Source: Escherichia coli (GTDB lineage Bacteria; Pseudomonadota; Gammaproteobacteria; Enterobacterales; Enterobacteriaceae). From it: DNA of 23,614 nt. The position numbers and the translations under genes were made by a program. Below, in pieces: positions 1 to 9,410 of this stretch (within the stretch, counting starts at the first letter, position 1; the number at the start of each line of letters is the position of its first letter). The stretch lies in NCBI RefSeq assembly GCF_003334315.1, contig NZ_QOWR01000066.1, one strand, 5' to 3'. The notes under the pieces were generated by a model. It saw nothing but the letters and a program-made list of their open reading frames with translations, was not told the origin of the DNA and searched no databases.

Positions 1-77
1 CTTTTCAAAAGGGTATTTTGGCTTTGACATATTAGGGGCTATTCCATTTCATCGTCCAACAAAATGGGTGCAGTACA
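1..77. mobile_element. Terminal segment of an IS3-family insertion sequence (IS150-like), partial; element body lies beyond the window start
   Basis: The gltL reading frame that encodes KLLERVG...LSGGQQQRV from position 78 hits TAG at 33-35, and no frame of 1-77 encodes ABC-ATPase-like sequence. The segment ends ...GCAGTACA at 77 (reverse complement TGTACTGCACCCATTTTGTTGGACG...), a TG...CA terminus typical of IS3-family ends. The resemblance to the IS150 inverted repeat is from memory and unverified. Confidence 0.4.
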
Positions 78-449
78 AAACTGCTGGAGCGTGTCGGGCT
101 TTCTGCTCACGCCAATAAGTTTCCGGCGCAGCTTTCCGGCGGTCAGCAGCAGCGTGTGGCAATCGCTCGCGCGTTGTGTATGGATCCTATTGCGATGCTG
201 TTTGACGAACCGACATCGGCGCTGGATCCGGAGATGATCAACGAAGTACTGGACGTGATGGTGGAACTGGCGAACGAAGGAATGACCATGATGGTGGTGA
301 CCCACGAAATGGGCTTTGCCCGTAAAGTGGCGAATCGGGTGATCTTTATGGACGAGGGTAAAATTGTCGAAGACTCGCCGAAAGACGCTTTCTTCGATGA
401 TCCGAAATCGGACCGCGCAAAAGACTTCCTCGCGAAAATCCTGCATTAA
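78..449 (+). CDS. gltL: Glutamate/aspartate ABC transporter ATP-binding protein, C-terminal part only; 5' portion absent, apparently interrupted by the IS end at 1-77
   Basis: The frame encodes ...[50 protein letters not shown]... (ABC signature LSGGQ and Walker B, hhhhDEPT) and runs to a TAA stop at 447-449. The supplied ORF 156..449 is the same frame from an internal Met. Confidence 0.8.
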   Translation, partial: KLLERVGLSAHANKFPAQLSGGQQQRVAIARALCMDPIAMLFDEPTSALDPEMINEVLDVMVELANEGMTMMVVTHEMGFARKVANRVIFMDEGKIVEDSPKDAFFDDPKSDRAKDFLAKILH

Positions 450-456
450 TCACTCT

Positions 457-480
457 GGCGCGCATACCCAATTGCGCGCC
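457..480 (+). terminator. GC-rich hairpin downstream of gltL (GGCGCGCA-loop-TGCGCGCC); possible terminator, no clear U-tract
   Basis: An 8-bp perfect inverted repeat is seen directly in the sequence immediately after the gltL stop. Confidence 0.3.
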
Positions 481-566
481 ATCTCACGCTTTATCGTTTC
501 GCCCCTCGTATCTGTTACATCCTGGCGTTACCCTTGTCGCAAAGAAGCACACAACAAGGAGCAACA

Positions 567-1502
567 ATGGCACTGCCAATTCTGTTAGATTGCGACCCAG
601 GTCATGACGACGCTATCGCAATAGTTCTCGCCCTCGCCTCACCAGAGCTTGATGTCAAAGCAATTACGTCTTCCGCCGGAAACCAGACACCAGAAAAAAC
701 CTTACGCAATGTTCTGCGTATGCTGACCTTGCTTAATCGCACCGATATTCCGGTAGCAGGCGGCGCGGTAAAACCGTTAATGCGTGAGTTGATTATCGCG
801 GACAATGTGCACGGCGAAAGCGGTCTCGACGGCCCGGCATTACCGGAACCGACATTCGCACCGCAAAACTGTACGGCGGTAGAGCTGATGGCGAAAACGC
901 TGCGTGAAAGTGCGGAACCTGTCACCATTGTGTCTACCGGACCGCAAACTAACGTTGCCTTGCTGCTCAATAGCCATCCGGAACTGCATAGCAAAATTGC
1001 CCGTATCGTGATTATGGGTGGCGCTATGGGGCTGGGTAACTGGACGCCTGCGGCTGAATTTAATATTTACGTTGACCCGGAAGCGGCAGAAATTGTCTTC
1101 CAGTCAGGGATCCCGGTGGTGATGGCCGGTCTGGATGTTACTCATAAAGCACAAATCCACGTTGAAGACACCGAGCGTTTCCGCGCGATTGGTAACCCTG
1201 TTTCAACCATTGTTGCCGAACTGCTGGATTTCTTCCTCGAATATCATAAAGACGAAAAATGGGGCTTTGTCGGCGCACCACTGCATGACCCATGCACCAT
1301 CGCCTGGCTGTTGAAACCGGAGTTATTTACCTCTGTTGAGCGCTGGGTTGGCGTGGAAACACAGGGGAAATATACCCAGGGTATGACGGTTGTTGATTAT
1401 TATTATCTGACAGGCAATAAACCGAATGCCACCGTAATGGTCGATGTTGATCGTCAGGGCTTTGTTGATTTACTGGCTGATCGTCTGAAATTTTACGCTT
1501 AA
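567..1502 (+). CDS. rihA: Pyrimidine-specific ribonucleoside hydrolase RihA
   Basis: The ORF begins [22 protein letters not shown] (nucleoside hydrolase DxDxxxDD motif). The ATG at 567 is preceded by AAGGAG at 556-561 and gives 311 aa, matching the length I recall for RihA. The ORF track's 534 start is an in-frame upstream extension. Confidence 0.9.
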
Positions 1503-1513
1503 CACACGTCATT

Positions 1514-1570
1514 GATTAAGATCACCACGCGTTACCTGGGTGGTCTTAATCTGTTTATCTCTTTTTCTTT
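1514..1570 (+). terminator. Rho-independent terminator after rihA
   Basis: Inverted repeat GATTAAGATCACC...GGTGGTCTTAATC (one mismatch) is followed by a T-rich run, CTGTTTATCTCTTTTTCTTTC. Confidence 0.5.
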
Positions 1571-1585
1571 CAAGATATAAATGCA

Positions 1586-3256
1586 ATGGATAATGCAGAA
1601 CTCGCCATTGGTATCGATCTCGGTACTACCAATAGTTTAATTGCCGTCTGGAAAGACGGTGCCGCGCAATTAATTCCAAATAAGTTCGGTGAATATTTAA
1701 CACCATCCATAATTAGCATGGATGAAAATAATCATATTTTAGTCGGAAAACCGGCTGTATCACGGCGTACTTCGCATCCGGATAAAACGGCAGCGTTATT
1801 TAAACGTGCAATGGGCAGTAATACCAACTGGCGGTTAGGCAGCGACACATTTAACGCGCCAGAACTGTCCTCTTTGGTATTACGCTCATTAAAAGAAGAT
1901 GCCGAAGAATTTCTGCAACGTCCGATTAAAGATGTGGTGATCTCCGTTCCGGCTTATTTCAGCGATGAACAACGCAAGCATACCCGTTTAGCAGCGGAGT
2001 TAGCCGGGTTAAATGCGGTACGCTTAATTAATGAACCCACAGCAGCTGCGATGGCGTATGGCCTGCATACCCAACAAAATACCCGTTCGCTGGTGTTTGA
2101 TCTCGGTGGCGGCACGTTTGACGTTACGGTGCTTGAGTACGCCACGCCGGTGATTGAAGTTCACGCCTCCGCTGGCGACAACTTTCTTGGTGGCGAAGAT
2201 TTTACCCATATGCTGGTCGATGAGGTTTTAAAACGCGCGGATGTCGCCAGGACCACGCTTAACGAGAGTGAACTGGCAGCCTTGTACGCCTGTGTGGAAG
2301 CGGCAAAATGTAGCAATCAATCGCCATTGCACATTCGCTGGCAGTATCAGGAAGAAACGCGGGAATGCGAATTTTACGAGAACGAACTGGAAGATTTGTG
2401 GTTGCCGCTGCTCAATCGCTTGCGAGTGCCGATTGAACAGGCGTTGCGCGATGCGCGTCTGAAGCCGAGTCAAATCGACAGTCTGGTGCTGGTTGGCGGC
2501 GCGTCACAAATGCCGCTGGTGCAGCGAATCGCCGTGCGTCTGTTTGGCAAATTACCGTATCAAAGTTACGATCCGAGCACCATTGTCGCGCTGGGCGCAG
2601 CAATCCAGGCCGCCTGCCGCTTACGCAGTGAAGATATTGAAGAGGTAATCCTCACTGATATTTGCCCTTACTCGTTGGGCGTTGAAGTTAACCGCCAGGG
2701 CGTTTCCGGCATTTTCTCGCCGATTATTGAACGAAACACCACTGTGCCCGTGTCGCGTGTAGAAACTTATTCAACCATGCACCCGGAACAGGATTCAATT
2801 ACGGTTAACGTCTATCAGGGAGAAAACCACAAAGTTAAAAACAACATTCTGGTGGAATCCTTCGATGTGCCGTTGAAGAAAACCGGGGCTTATCAGTCGA
2901 TTGATATTCGCTTTAGTTATGATATCAACGGGTTGCTTGAAGTTGACGTGCTTCTGGAAGACGGCAGCGTTAAGTCCAGAGTGATTAACCACAGCCCGGT
3001 AACATTGAGCGCGCAGCAGATTGAAGAGAGTCGGACGCGGTTATCCGCATTGAAAATTTATCCGCGCGATATGCTCATCAATCGCACCTTTAAAGCCAAA
3101 CTGGAAGAGTTGTGGGCGCGGGCGCTGGGTGACGAGCGAGAAGAGATCGGCCGGGTGATCACCGATTTTGATGCGGCGTTGCAGTCAAACGATATGGCCC
3201 GCGTGGATGAAGTTCGGCGGCGGGCGAGCGATTATTTAGCCATTGAGATCCCATAA
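1586..3256 (+). CDS. hscC: Hsp70-family chaperone HscC (Hsc62)
   Basis: 556-aa ORF with Hsp70 signatures: IGIDLGTTNS near the N-terminus, VFDLGGGTFDVTVL, and LVLVGGASQMP. Length and N-terminus MDNAELAIGIDLGTTNSLIAVW match recalled HscC. Confidence 0.9.
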   Translation: MDNAELAIGIDLGTTNSLIAVWKDGAAQLIPNKFGEYLTPSIISMDENNHILVGKPAVSRRTSHPDKTAALFKRAMGSNTNWRLGSDTFNAPELSSLVLRSLKEDAEEFLQRPIKDVVISVPAYFSDEQRKHTRLAAELAGLNAVRLINEPTAAAMAYGLHTQQNTRSLVFDLGGGTFDVTVLEYATPVIEVHASAGDNFLGGEDFTHMLVDEVLKRADVARTTLNESELAALYACVEAAKCSNQSPLHIRWQYQEETRECEFYENELEDLWLPLLNRLRVPIEQALRDARLKPSQIDSLVLVGGASQMPLVQRIAVRLFGKLPYQSYDPSTIVALGAAIQAACRLRSEDIEEVILTDICPYSLGVEVNRQGVSGIFSPIIERNTTVPVSRVETYSTMHPEQDSITVNVYQGENHKVKNNILVESFDVPLKKTGAYQSIDIRFSYDINGLLEVDVLLEDGSVKSRVINHSPVTLSAQQIEESRTRLSALKIYPRDMLINRTFKAKLEELWARALGDEREEIGRVITDFDAALQSNDMARVDEVRRRASDYLAIEIP

Positions 3257-3263
3257 ACACGGC

Positions 3264-3295
3264 TGCCGGATGCGGCGTAAACGCTGCATCCGGCA
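3264..3295. repeat. REP-like (repetitive extragenic palindromic) element at the convergent hscC/djlC junction; probably also a bidirectional terminator
   Basis: TGCCGGATGCGGCGTAAACGCTGCATCCGGCA is an imperfect palindrome with the GCCGGATGCGGCG motif characteristic of enterobacterial REP sequences. Confidence 0.6.
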
Positions 3296-3315
3296 TCGGC
3301 GCAAAAAACACATCG

Positions 3316-4758
3316 TCAGCTAAACAACATCGCGATTTTGCCGAGAGCATAACCTATCACCAGCACCGTTAAACTGATTTTGATAATGCTGGTAATGCTC
3401 TGTGGTTTTTCACCCTCATCATTTTTTTCTTCATGATTTTCAGGTGTTGGCTCATCGACATCTTCATCCTCCGGCTCGAGTTTCACTTTCGTCAAAAGCA
3501 TCCGGGTGACAATGGCCTCTAATTCTCCGCCTTCCAGCCTTGTATTAAGACGGGCCAGCATCTCTTGTTTCGGAAACGCTTCAAGTACTACCTGTTCCGC
3601 TACCCGATACAAATCCAGGAACGGTGAATCTTGCTCTGTCTCGCTACCGACTCTCGATTTCCACCACGCCCATGCTTTGCGCTTGAAGAATAACGACTCA
3701 ATAAACGATTGACCTAACGGCGATAATTTTCCGCTATGTAAAATCTCCGCCCATAACAGCCGCGTCCGGGCGCTCTCACCAGGAACATATTTCAGCGGTT
3801 GACCTTGCGCATCTACCATGCTCCGCGCTTCGATAACCATCACTAATAACGCGAAATAATCCGGGCAATGACGCTTGCTCCACTGCAACAACAAATTATC
3901 AGCTTGTGTAGATGGGTAACTTTCCCAGTACGCGCAGAGATCGGCAAGCAGGCTTTCCCCCTCGCCGCAGTACAAACGTTGTGCACACAAGTAATACCGG
4001 GCATCTTCGCTTTCTGGTTCTTCCGTTTGCCACTGTTGAGCGACAGGAATGAGTTCCGCCATACCTGTTTGCACCGAGCTGTACCAGCGCAACAGTTTGC
4101 GATGTAACTTTGCATCATCAGGAATTAACCACGGACCTTCCATCGCCAAAAACGCAGTGACATAGTCAGGATGGTAACGGCAGCAACGTTCCAGCGCGAA
4201 GTAATACTCAACAGTCTGGTTCTGCAACGCAATGGGATATTCCAGAAGGCTAAGGAAATCGAAACAATCACCAGCCTGAATGGCCTCAAGAAAAGCCTCC
4301 CTTTCTTCCTCATCCATTCCTTCGCTGTCATTAAATGAATGCCAGTTCAAACGCTCTGCCAGCAAAGAAGCACAATTTAATGAAAGATATCGCGCTTCTA
4401 TGGCGATTGCACACAGCGGCCAGCGTAATTGATCGACATCCTCCATGTTCCAGGTATTTAATTGCTGAATAAATTTCTGCCAGGCGGAAGGCTGAAAACG
4501 ATCACTTTCTGAATCCAGTAATGTCCTGAATGCACGTAGTATTTCATGTTCAGCGGCAGCATCTTTTTCTTCATCATCTGCTTCCTCGACAGGATTTACC
4601 GCCAGTCGCAGGGCCTCTTCATAGGCCTGGCGTAATGCTTTAAACCCTTGCGGATCGGTTTCGGGATGACACAACGGTAAGCGAGCAAGATAAGCCTGGC
4701 GGATAATGTCTATTTGCGTCGTGCTTTCAATTTCGAGGATTTGCCAACATGTTTTCAT
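3316..4758 (-). CDS. djlC: J-domain (DnaJ-like) C-terminally membrane-anchored protein DjlC, putative HscC co-chaperone
   Basis: 480-aa ORF. N-terminus [50 protein letters not shown] aligns to J-domain helices II/III with HPE in place of HPD. C-terminus ...[26 protein letters not shown] is a hydrophobic tail anchor. Its start overlaps the ybeU stop (ATGA). Confidence 0.85.
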   Translation of the reverse strand: MKTCWQILEIESTTQIDIIRQAYLARLPLCHPETDPQGFKALRQAYEEALRLAVNPVEEADDEEKDAAAEHEILRAFRTLLDSESDRFQPSAWQKFIQQLNTWNMEDVDQLRWPLCAIAIEARYLSLNCASLLAERLNWHSFNDSEGMDEEEREAFLEAIQAGDCFDFLSLLEYPIALQNQTVEYYFALERCCRYHPDYVTAFLAMEGPWLIPDDAKLHRKLLRWYSSVQTGMAELIPVAQQWQTEEPESEDARYYLCAQRLYCGEGESLLADLCAYWESYPSTQADNLLLQWSKRHCPDYFALLVMVIEARSMVDAQGQPLKYVPGESARTRLLWAEILHSGKLSPLGQSFIESLFFKRKAWAWWKSRVGSETEQDSPFLDLYRVAEQVVLEAFPKQEMLARLNTRLEGGELEAIVTRMLLTKVKLEPEDEDVDEPTPENHEEKNDEGEKPQSITSIIKISLTVLVIGYALGKIAMLFS

Positions 4759-5462
4759 AGGTCGCTCACATCCTTAAGCGTTACCGGGCATTCAGACTGG
4801 ACAGTTAATGGCTGCCAGGGAAGCGTGGCATAGAAACGATCGCTTCCCGCTGCCAGCTCTTCGAACATACGACTCCCGGCGCTATCGTATTTGTACAGGG
4901 TTAGCGCCTCGCGTAGCGAAGTGTTGTCTTCGCACTGAGAAGATTGCCAGTAGAGACGTCCTAACGAATAGGCGGAAAAATAGTGCATCCAGCTGTGATA
5001 GTAATGGTGAGCTCGTACATAGACGCGCGATTGCAGCCATAAACTCTCTTCTTCCGTCAGCCACTTGTTGAGCACACCGACCCGTGACAGAAACCCCATT
5101 CGAACATAATCCCAGGCTTTGATTCCCCCTTCCCCACAGCACATAGCGGTTTGGGCAACGAATTGGGTATAAATCAACCCTCTCTCCGAGCCACCAGCAA
5201 TTAATGCTTTCCACTCTTCAGGGGAAGAGCGATGCCATGTCAGATATAAGCCAGCTAAATCATTGGCATGACCATCATCAGTCATCTGATAAATAGTCTG
5301 AATTAAATCATCACGATTATTTATTCCCCAGGATGATGAGAGCTCGAATTCTTTTATCCCAGTATACATTTTTGGCGAGTCATGCGCGGGTTTGCAACCC
5401 TGATTAAGTATTTCCATGGGCGCAGAAAGCGCAAAAAGAAGATATTGTTCTTCCTTATTCAT
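4755..5462 (-). CDS. ybeU: DUF1266-like protein YbeU (function unknown), first gene of a ybeU-djlC operon
   Basis: 235-aa ORF, a clear paralog of the ybeR product at 7552..8259 (shared blocks ...[20 protein letters not shown]...). AAGGGA Shine-Dalgarno upstream; stop overlaps the djlC start. Confidence 0.85.
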
Positions 5463-5563
5463 TTGTTAATAATCCCTTAAGTGCATTAACTGACTACTTT
5501 TTTATTATTGATGAGTATAAACTTGACGCTTTCAAAATAAAAAGAAAATCGAAGCATTCACAC

Positions 5564-6118
5564 ATGAATAAAAAATTAATGTATATATTCGCAATTTTTA
5601 TAGTTGCAGCAATTACCTGTATTAGCCAACCCAAGAAAACGACGTTGCGTGATAAAGCCATGGTGAATTATGCCTTTGATTATTTAAGCTCACCGGGCAG
5701 TCTTCCATTCACCACGGCAGCCACGGAGCTTTCCGCGATTCATGGTCACTCAACGTCGCAATATCGCCTTGGAGAATTTTATCTTCATGGTAGCGACGGT
5801 AAACCACTGGATTATACACAGGCGAGATACTGGTATGAGCAATCAGCGGAACAGGAAAATCCACGCGCGCAAAGTAAACTGGGGTGGATCTACCTCAAAG
5901 GTCTGGGGGTCAAACCCGACACCCGTAAAGCAATTCTCTGGTATAAGGAAGCAGCTGAACAAGGGTATGCTCATGCTCAATATACTTTAGGTTTGATCTA
6001 CAGAAATGGCTCAGGTATTAATGTTAACCATTATGAATCTCAAAAATGGTTAAAACTGGCCGCCAAACAACATTACAAAAATGCGGAAAGATTACTTGCC
6101 GGGCTTCCCGCACATTAA
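5564..6118 (+). CDS. ybeT: Sel1-repeat protein YbeT with N-terminal hydrophobic signal/anchor
   Basis: 184-aa ORF. N-terminus [22 protein letters not shown] is hydrophobic. Repeated Sel1-like units are visible ([50 protein letters not shown]...). Transcribed divergently from ybeU. Confidence 0.85.
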
Positions 6119-6127
6119 CGTCGACTG

Positions 6128-7555
6128 TCACCCGAACAGATGGAGTATTTTCCCTATCAAACCAGCAAAGATAAAAATATAGAAAATAATTTTAATGATG
6201 CCCAGACAGCCTGGCCCACCATCGTCAACGGGCATTGGCTGCGGTTGCGGCTCCGGTTCAACAGTTTGCTTCTCGGTAAAATTCGCCGCCTGAATTAATA
6301 ATCGACGAATAATTAATGCTTCCAGTGGACAACGATTTTCTGCATCAAGGCGGCTCACAATCGGCATTAATGATTCTTCTGTAGGTTGGCAGGCCTGCAC
6401 TAATTGTTTGGCAACTAGATATAATGGCCATAAGGTATGTTCTGTATCACGCGTGAGTGAGATCCGCGGCTTACGTCCTTTGTGCAAAACCATCTCGACC
6501 AGTGAACGCCCCAGCGCAGAGAGTTTTTCATCGCTGAGTATTTCGTATAAATGAAAACGCGTACGGGCGCTGTCGCCGGGGACATAAAGTAGCGGTTTTC
6601 CCTGATCGTTAACCAGATCACGCGCTTCAATCATCATCACCAGTAATGGGTAATAATCGACCCGATGCTGACGGCATCATTGCAACATTAAAGCATCCGC
6701 CTGGGTGGAGGGATACTCGCGCCAGTAGTCACAAAGTTCTGCCAACAGGCTTTCGCCTTCTCCACAATAGACGCGTTGCGCGTATTCATAATAAGGCGCA
6801 TCTTCATTATCAGGTTCAGTTTCCCGCCATGACTGGGCGTAATCCAGAAGTTCGGGGATATCCAGGCGACCTGCGCTATACCAGCGGAGTAAATTTCTGT
6901 GCAGTTTTGCATCATCGGGGATAATCACTGCGCGATGTTGCGCTAAATACAATGTCAGCCATTGTGGATGCGATGACCAAATCCGAGCGAACATTTGGTA
7001 AAAATCGATGGTGTCATTTTGCACGGCAACGGGCAGATGCAGAATGGTCTGGAAGTTAAAAACATTCCCCTTCGCAATGGCATATAAAAAGGATTCCAGT
7101 TCTTCTTCGTCTATTTCCCCGGTATTTTCCTCCTGTAACCACCGCAATCTTTCTGCTAATAACACCACGCACTCGAAGGATAAATGGGCAGTGTTCATGG
7201 CGATTGTGCACAGCGACCAGCGTAATTCATCAATCTCCTCCATCGAGCAATAATTTAATTGCTGAATGAATCGCTGCCAGGCGGAGGGCAGAAAACGTTC
7301 ACTATCAGAGGCAAGTAACGCACGAAAGGCGAGCAGAATTTCATGTTCTGCTACCTCATATTCTTCTGGTTGCCAAACAGATTTAGCAGGCGACTGCGCA
7401 ATCCGTAGCGCCTCCTCATACGCCTGACGAAGTTGTTTAAAACCCTGCGGATCGGTTTCTGGATGAAAGGACGGTAACAGCGCCAGATAAGCGCGGCGGA
7501 TAATATCGACGTCAGTCGTTTCCTCTATATCGAGGATCTTCCAGCAATTTTTCAT
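6128..7555 (-). pseudogene. djlB: djlB, J-domain membrane protein paralogous to DjlC, interrupted by a single in-frame TGA
   Basis: ORFs 6677..7555 (292 aa, [39 protein letters not shown]...) and 6128..6640 (170 aa) are in the same frame, separated only by TGA at 6677-6679 (minus strand). Alignment with DjlC (…[27 protein letters not shown]…) against DjlB (…[26 protein letters not shown]…) places the stop where DjlC has Trp (TGG). Confidence 0.8.
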
Positions 7556-8259
7556 AGGTCGCTCATATCCTTAAGCGTTTCCGGGCATGCAGAATAGTAA
7601 GCCAATGGTTGCCAGGACAAGGTAGGGTAATACGCATCATCACTGGCAAATAATTGATAAAACATATCATTGCTGGAATCGTCGTATTCTTTACGCGCTA
7701 AGAATTCGCGTAATAAAGGCAGATGATCATCTTCGGGAGACTGCCAATATTGCCGACCAAAGGTATAACCGGCAAAGTATTGCCGCCAGTTACTATAATA
7801 ACGTAGAGCCCGTAGATGAATGCGCGACTGGATCCATAGACTTTCTTCTTCGCTCAACCAGTTATTAAGTACGCCCATTCGGCTTAAAAAACCCATCCGG
7901 ACATAATCCCAGGCTTTGATTCCCCCTTCGCCACAGCATTCGGCGGTGCTGGCGACAAATTGCGCATAAGCCTGACCTTGCTCATTTAGTTCAGCAAGAT
8001 AGTCACGCCATTCACATGGCGAATAACGAAACCAGCGGTGATAAAACCCTGCCAACCGAGCGGCATGACCGTTATCGATCATTCGGTGAATTGTGCGCAG
8101 CAGGTCATCACGGTCATCAATTCCCCATGAGGAAGAAAGGTCAAAAAAGCATGTACCTAAATACATTTTGGGTGATGAATGCGAAGGTAAACAGCATTCA
8201 TTGCGTATTTCCATCGGAGTGGAAAGTGCAAACAATATTTTTTGCGACTCCATGTCCAT
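7552..8259 (-). CDS. ybeR: DUF1266-like protein YbeR (paralog of YbeU), first gene of a ybeR-djlB operon
   Basis: 235-aa ORF, colinear with YbeU ([23 protein letters not shown]... vs [23 protein letters not shown]...). Its stop overlaps the djlB start (ATGA). Confidence 0.85.
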
Positions 8260-8416
8260 ATAATTTATCCTTAAATATTCATTAAATGAATATTAGCCGC
8301 ATTGCGAGGCTCGTTTATTTATACTTTTCTGACGCGACATAATACGCATAAAATAAGGCTTACGCAAAAATGGAACACATAAAAATATAATATGTTTTAT
8401 CTGCAACCATAAGGAA

Positions 8417-9400
8417 ATGATAATGATTTTCACGTCAAGTTGCTGCGATAATTTATCAATAGATGAGATTATCGAACGTGCTGAAAAAGGCGATTGCGAG
8501 GCTCAATATATTGTTGGGTTTTATTATAATCGCGATAGCGCAATTGATTCTCCGGACGACGAAAAAGCCTTTTACTGGCTGAAGCTGGCCGCTGAGCAAG
8601 GTCATTGTGAAGCACAGTATTCCTTAGGGCAAAAGTATACCGAGGATAAAAGCCGTCATAAAGATAATGAGCAAGCCATCTTCTGGCTGAAAAAAGCTGC
8701 CCTACAAGGCCATACTTTCGCTTCCAACGCCCTTGGCTGGACACTGGATCGTGGAGAAGCCCCCAATTATAAAGAAGCGGTTGTCTGGTATCAGATAGCC
8801 GCGGAGAGCGGAATGTCTTATGCGCAAAATAATCTTGGGTGGATGTACAGAAATGGCAACGGAGTCGCAAAAGACTATGCGCTGGCATTTTTCTGGTACA
8901 AACAAGCTGCATTACAAGGCCATAGTGACGCGCAAAACAATCTGGCCGATCTTTATGAAGACGGAAAAGGCGTTGCTCAAAACAAGACACTCGCCGCATT
9001 CTGGTATTTGAAAAGCGCACAGCAGGGTAATCGGCACGCCCAGTTTCAAATTGCATGGGATTATAACGCTGGCGAAGGGGTGGACCAGGACTATAAGCAA
9101 GCGATGTACTGGTATCTGAAGGCTGCCGCTCAGGGGAGCGTCGGCGCTTACGTCAACATCGGTTATATGTATAAACACGGACAAGGCGTTGAGAAAGATT
9201 ATCAGGCTGCCTTTGAATGGTTTACGAAAGCCGCTGAATGCAATGACGCCACTGCCTGGTATAACCTGGCCATTATGTATCACTACGGAGAAGGAAGACC
9301 TGTCGATCTCCGACAGGCTCTCGACCTGTATCGTAAAGTTCAGTCATCCGGAACCAGAGATGTCAGTCAGGAAATTCGTGAGACTGAAGATTTACTGTAG
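8417..9400 (+). CDS. ybeQ: Sel1-repeat (TPR-like) protein YbeQ
   Basis: 327-aa ORF with at least seven tandem ~36-aa Sel1-like units of pattern AQxxLGxxYxxGxGVxxDxxxAxxWYxKAAxQG. Transcribed divergently from ybeR. The exact start is uncertain (ATG at 8417 or 8423). Confidence 0.8.
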   Translation: MIMIFTSSCCDNLSIDEIIERAEKGDCEAQYIVGFYYNRDSAIDSPDDEKAFYWLKLAAEQGHCEAQYSLGQKYTEDKSRHKDNEQAIFWLKKAALQGHTFASNALGWTLDRGEAPNYKEAVVWYQIAAESGMSYAQNNLGWMYRNGNGVAKDYALAFFWYKQAALQGHSDAQNNLADLYEDGKGVAQNKTLAAFWYLKSAQQGNRHAQFQIAWDYNAGEGVDQDYKQAMYWYLKAAAQGSVGAYVNIGYMYKHGQGVEKDYQAAFEWFTKAAECNDATAWYNLAIMYHYGEGRPVDLRQALDLYRKVQSSGTRDVSQEIRETEDLL

Positions 9401-9410
9401 AGATAAAAAC

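Noticed and set aside
39-446. 135-aa minus-strand ORF overlapping gltL
   Set aside because: It is antisense to the well-supported gltL ABC ATPase frame and encodes a His/Arg-rich low-complexity product.
5463-5563. Specific sigma70 promoter call in the ybeU/ybeT divergent region
   Set aside because: A TTGACG hexamer is present at 5523-5528 but has no convincing -10 at proper spacing. The region is AT-rich and surely contains promoters, but I cannot place them confidently.
6677-6679. The TGA in djlB as a selenocysteine codon
   Set aside because: The paralog DjlC has Trp, not Cys, at this position and I see no obvious SECIS-like stem-loop immediately downstream. A nonsense mutation or sequencing error is more parsimonious.
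8417-9400. CRISPR-like or other DNA-level tandem repeats
   Set aside because: The periodicity in ybeQ and ybeT is at the protein level (divergent Sel1 repeats), not identical DNA direct repeats with spacers. No CRISPR array is present in the window.
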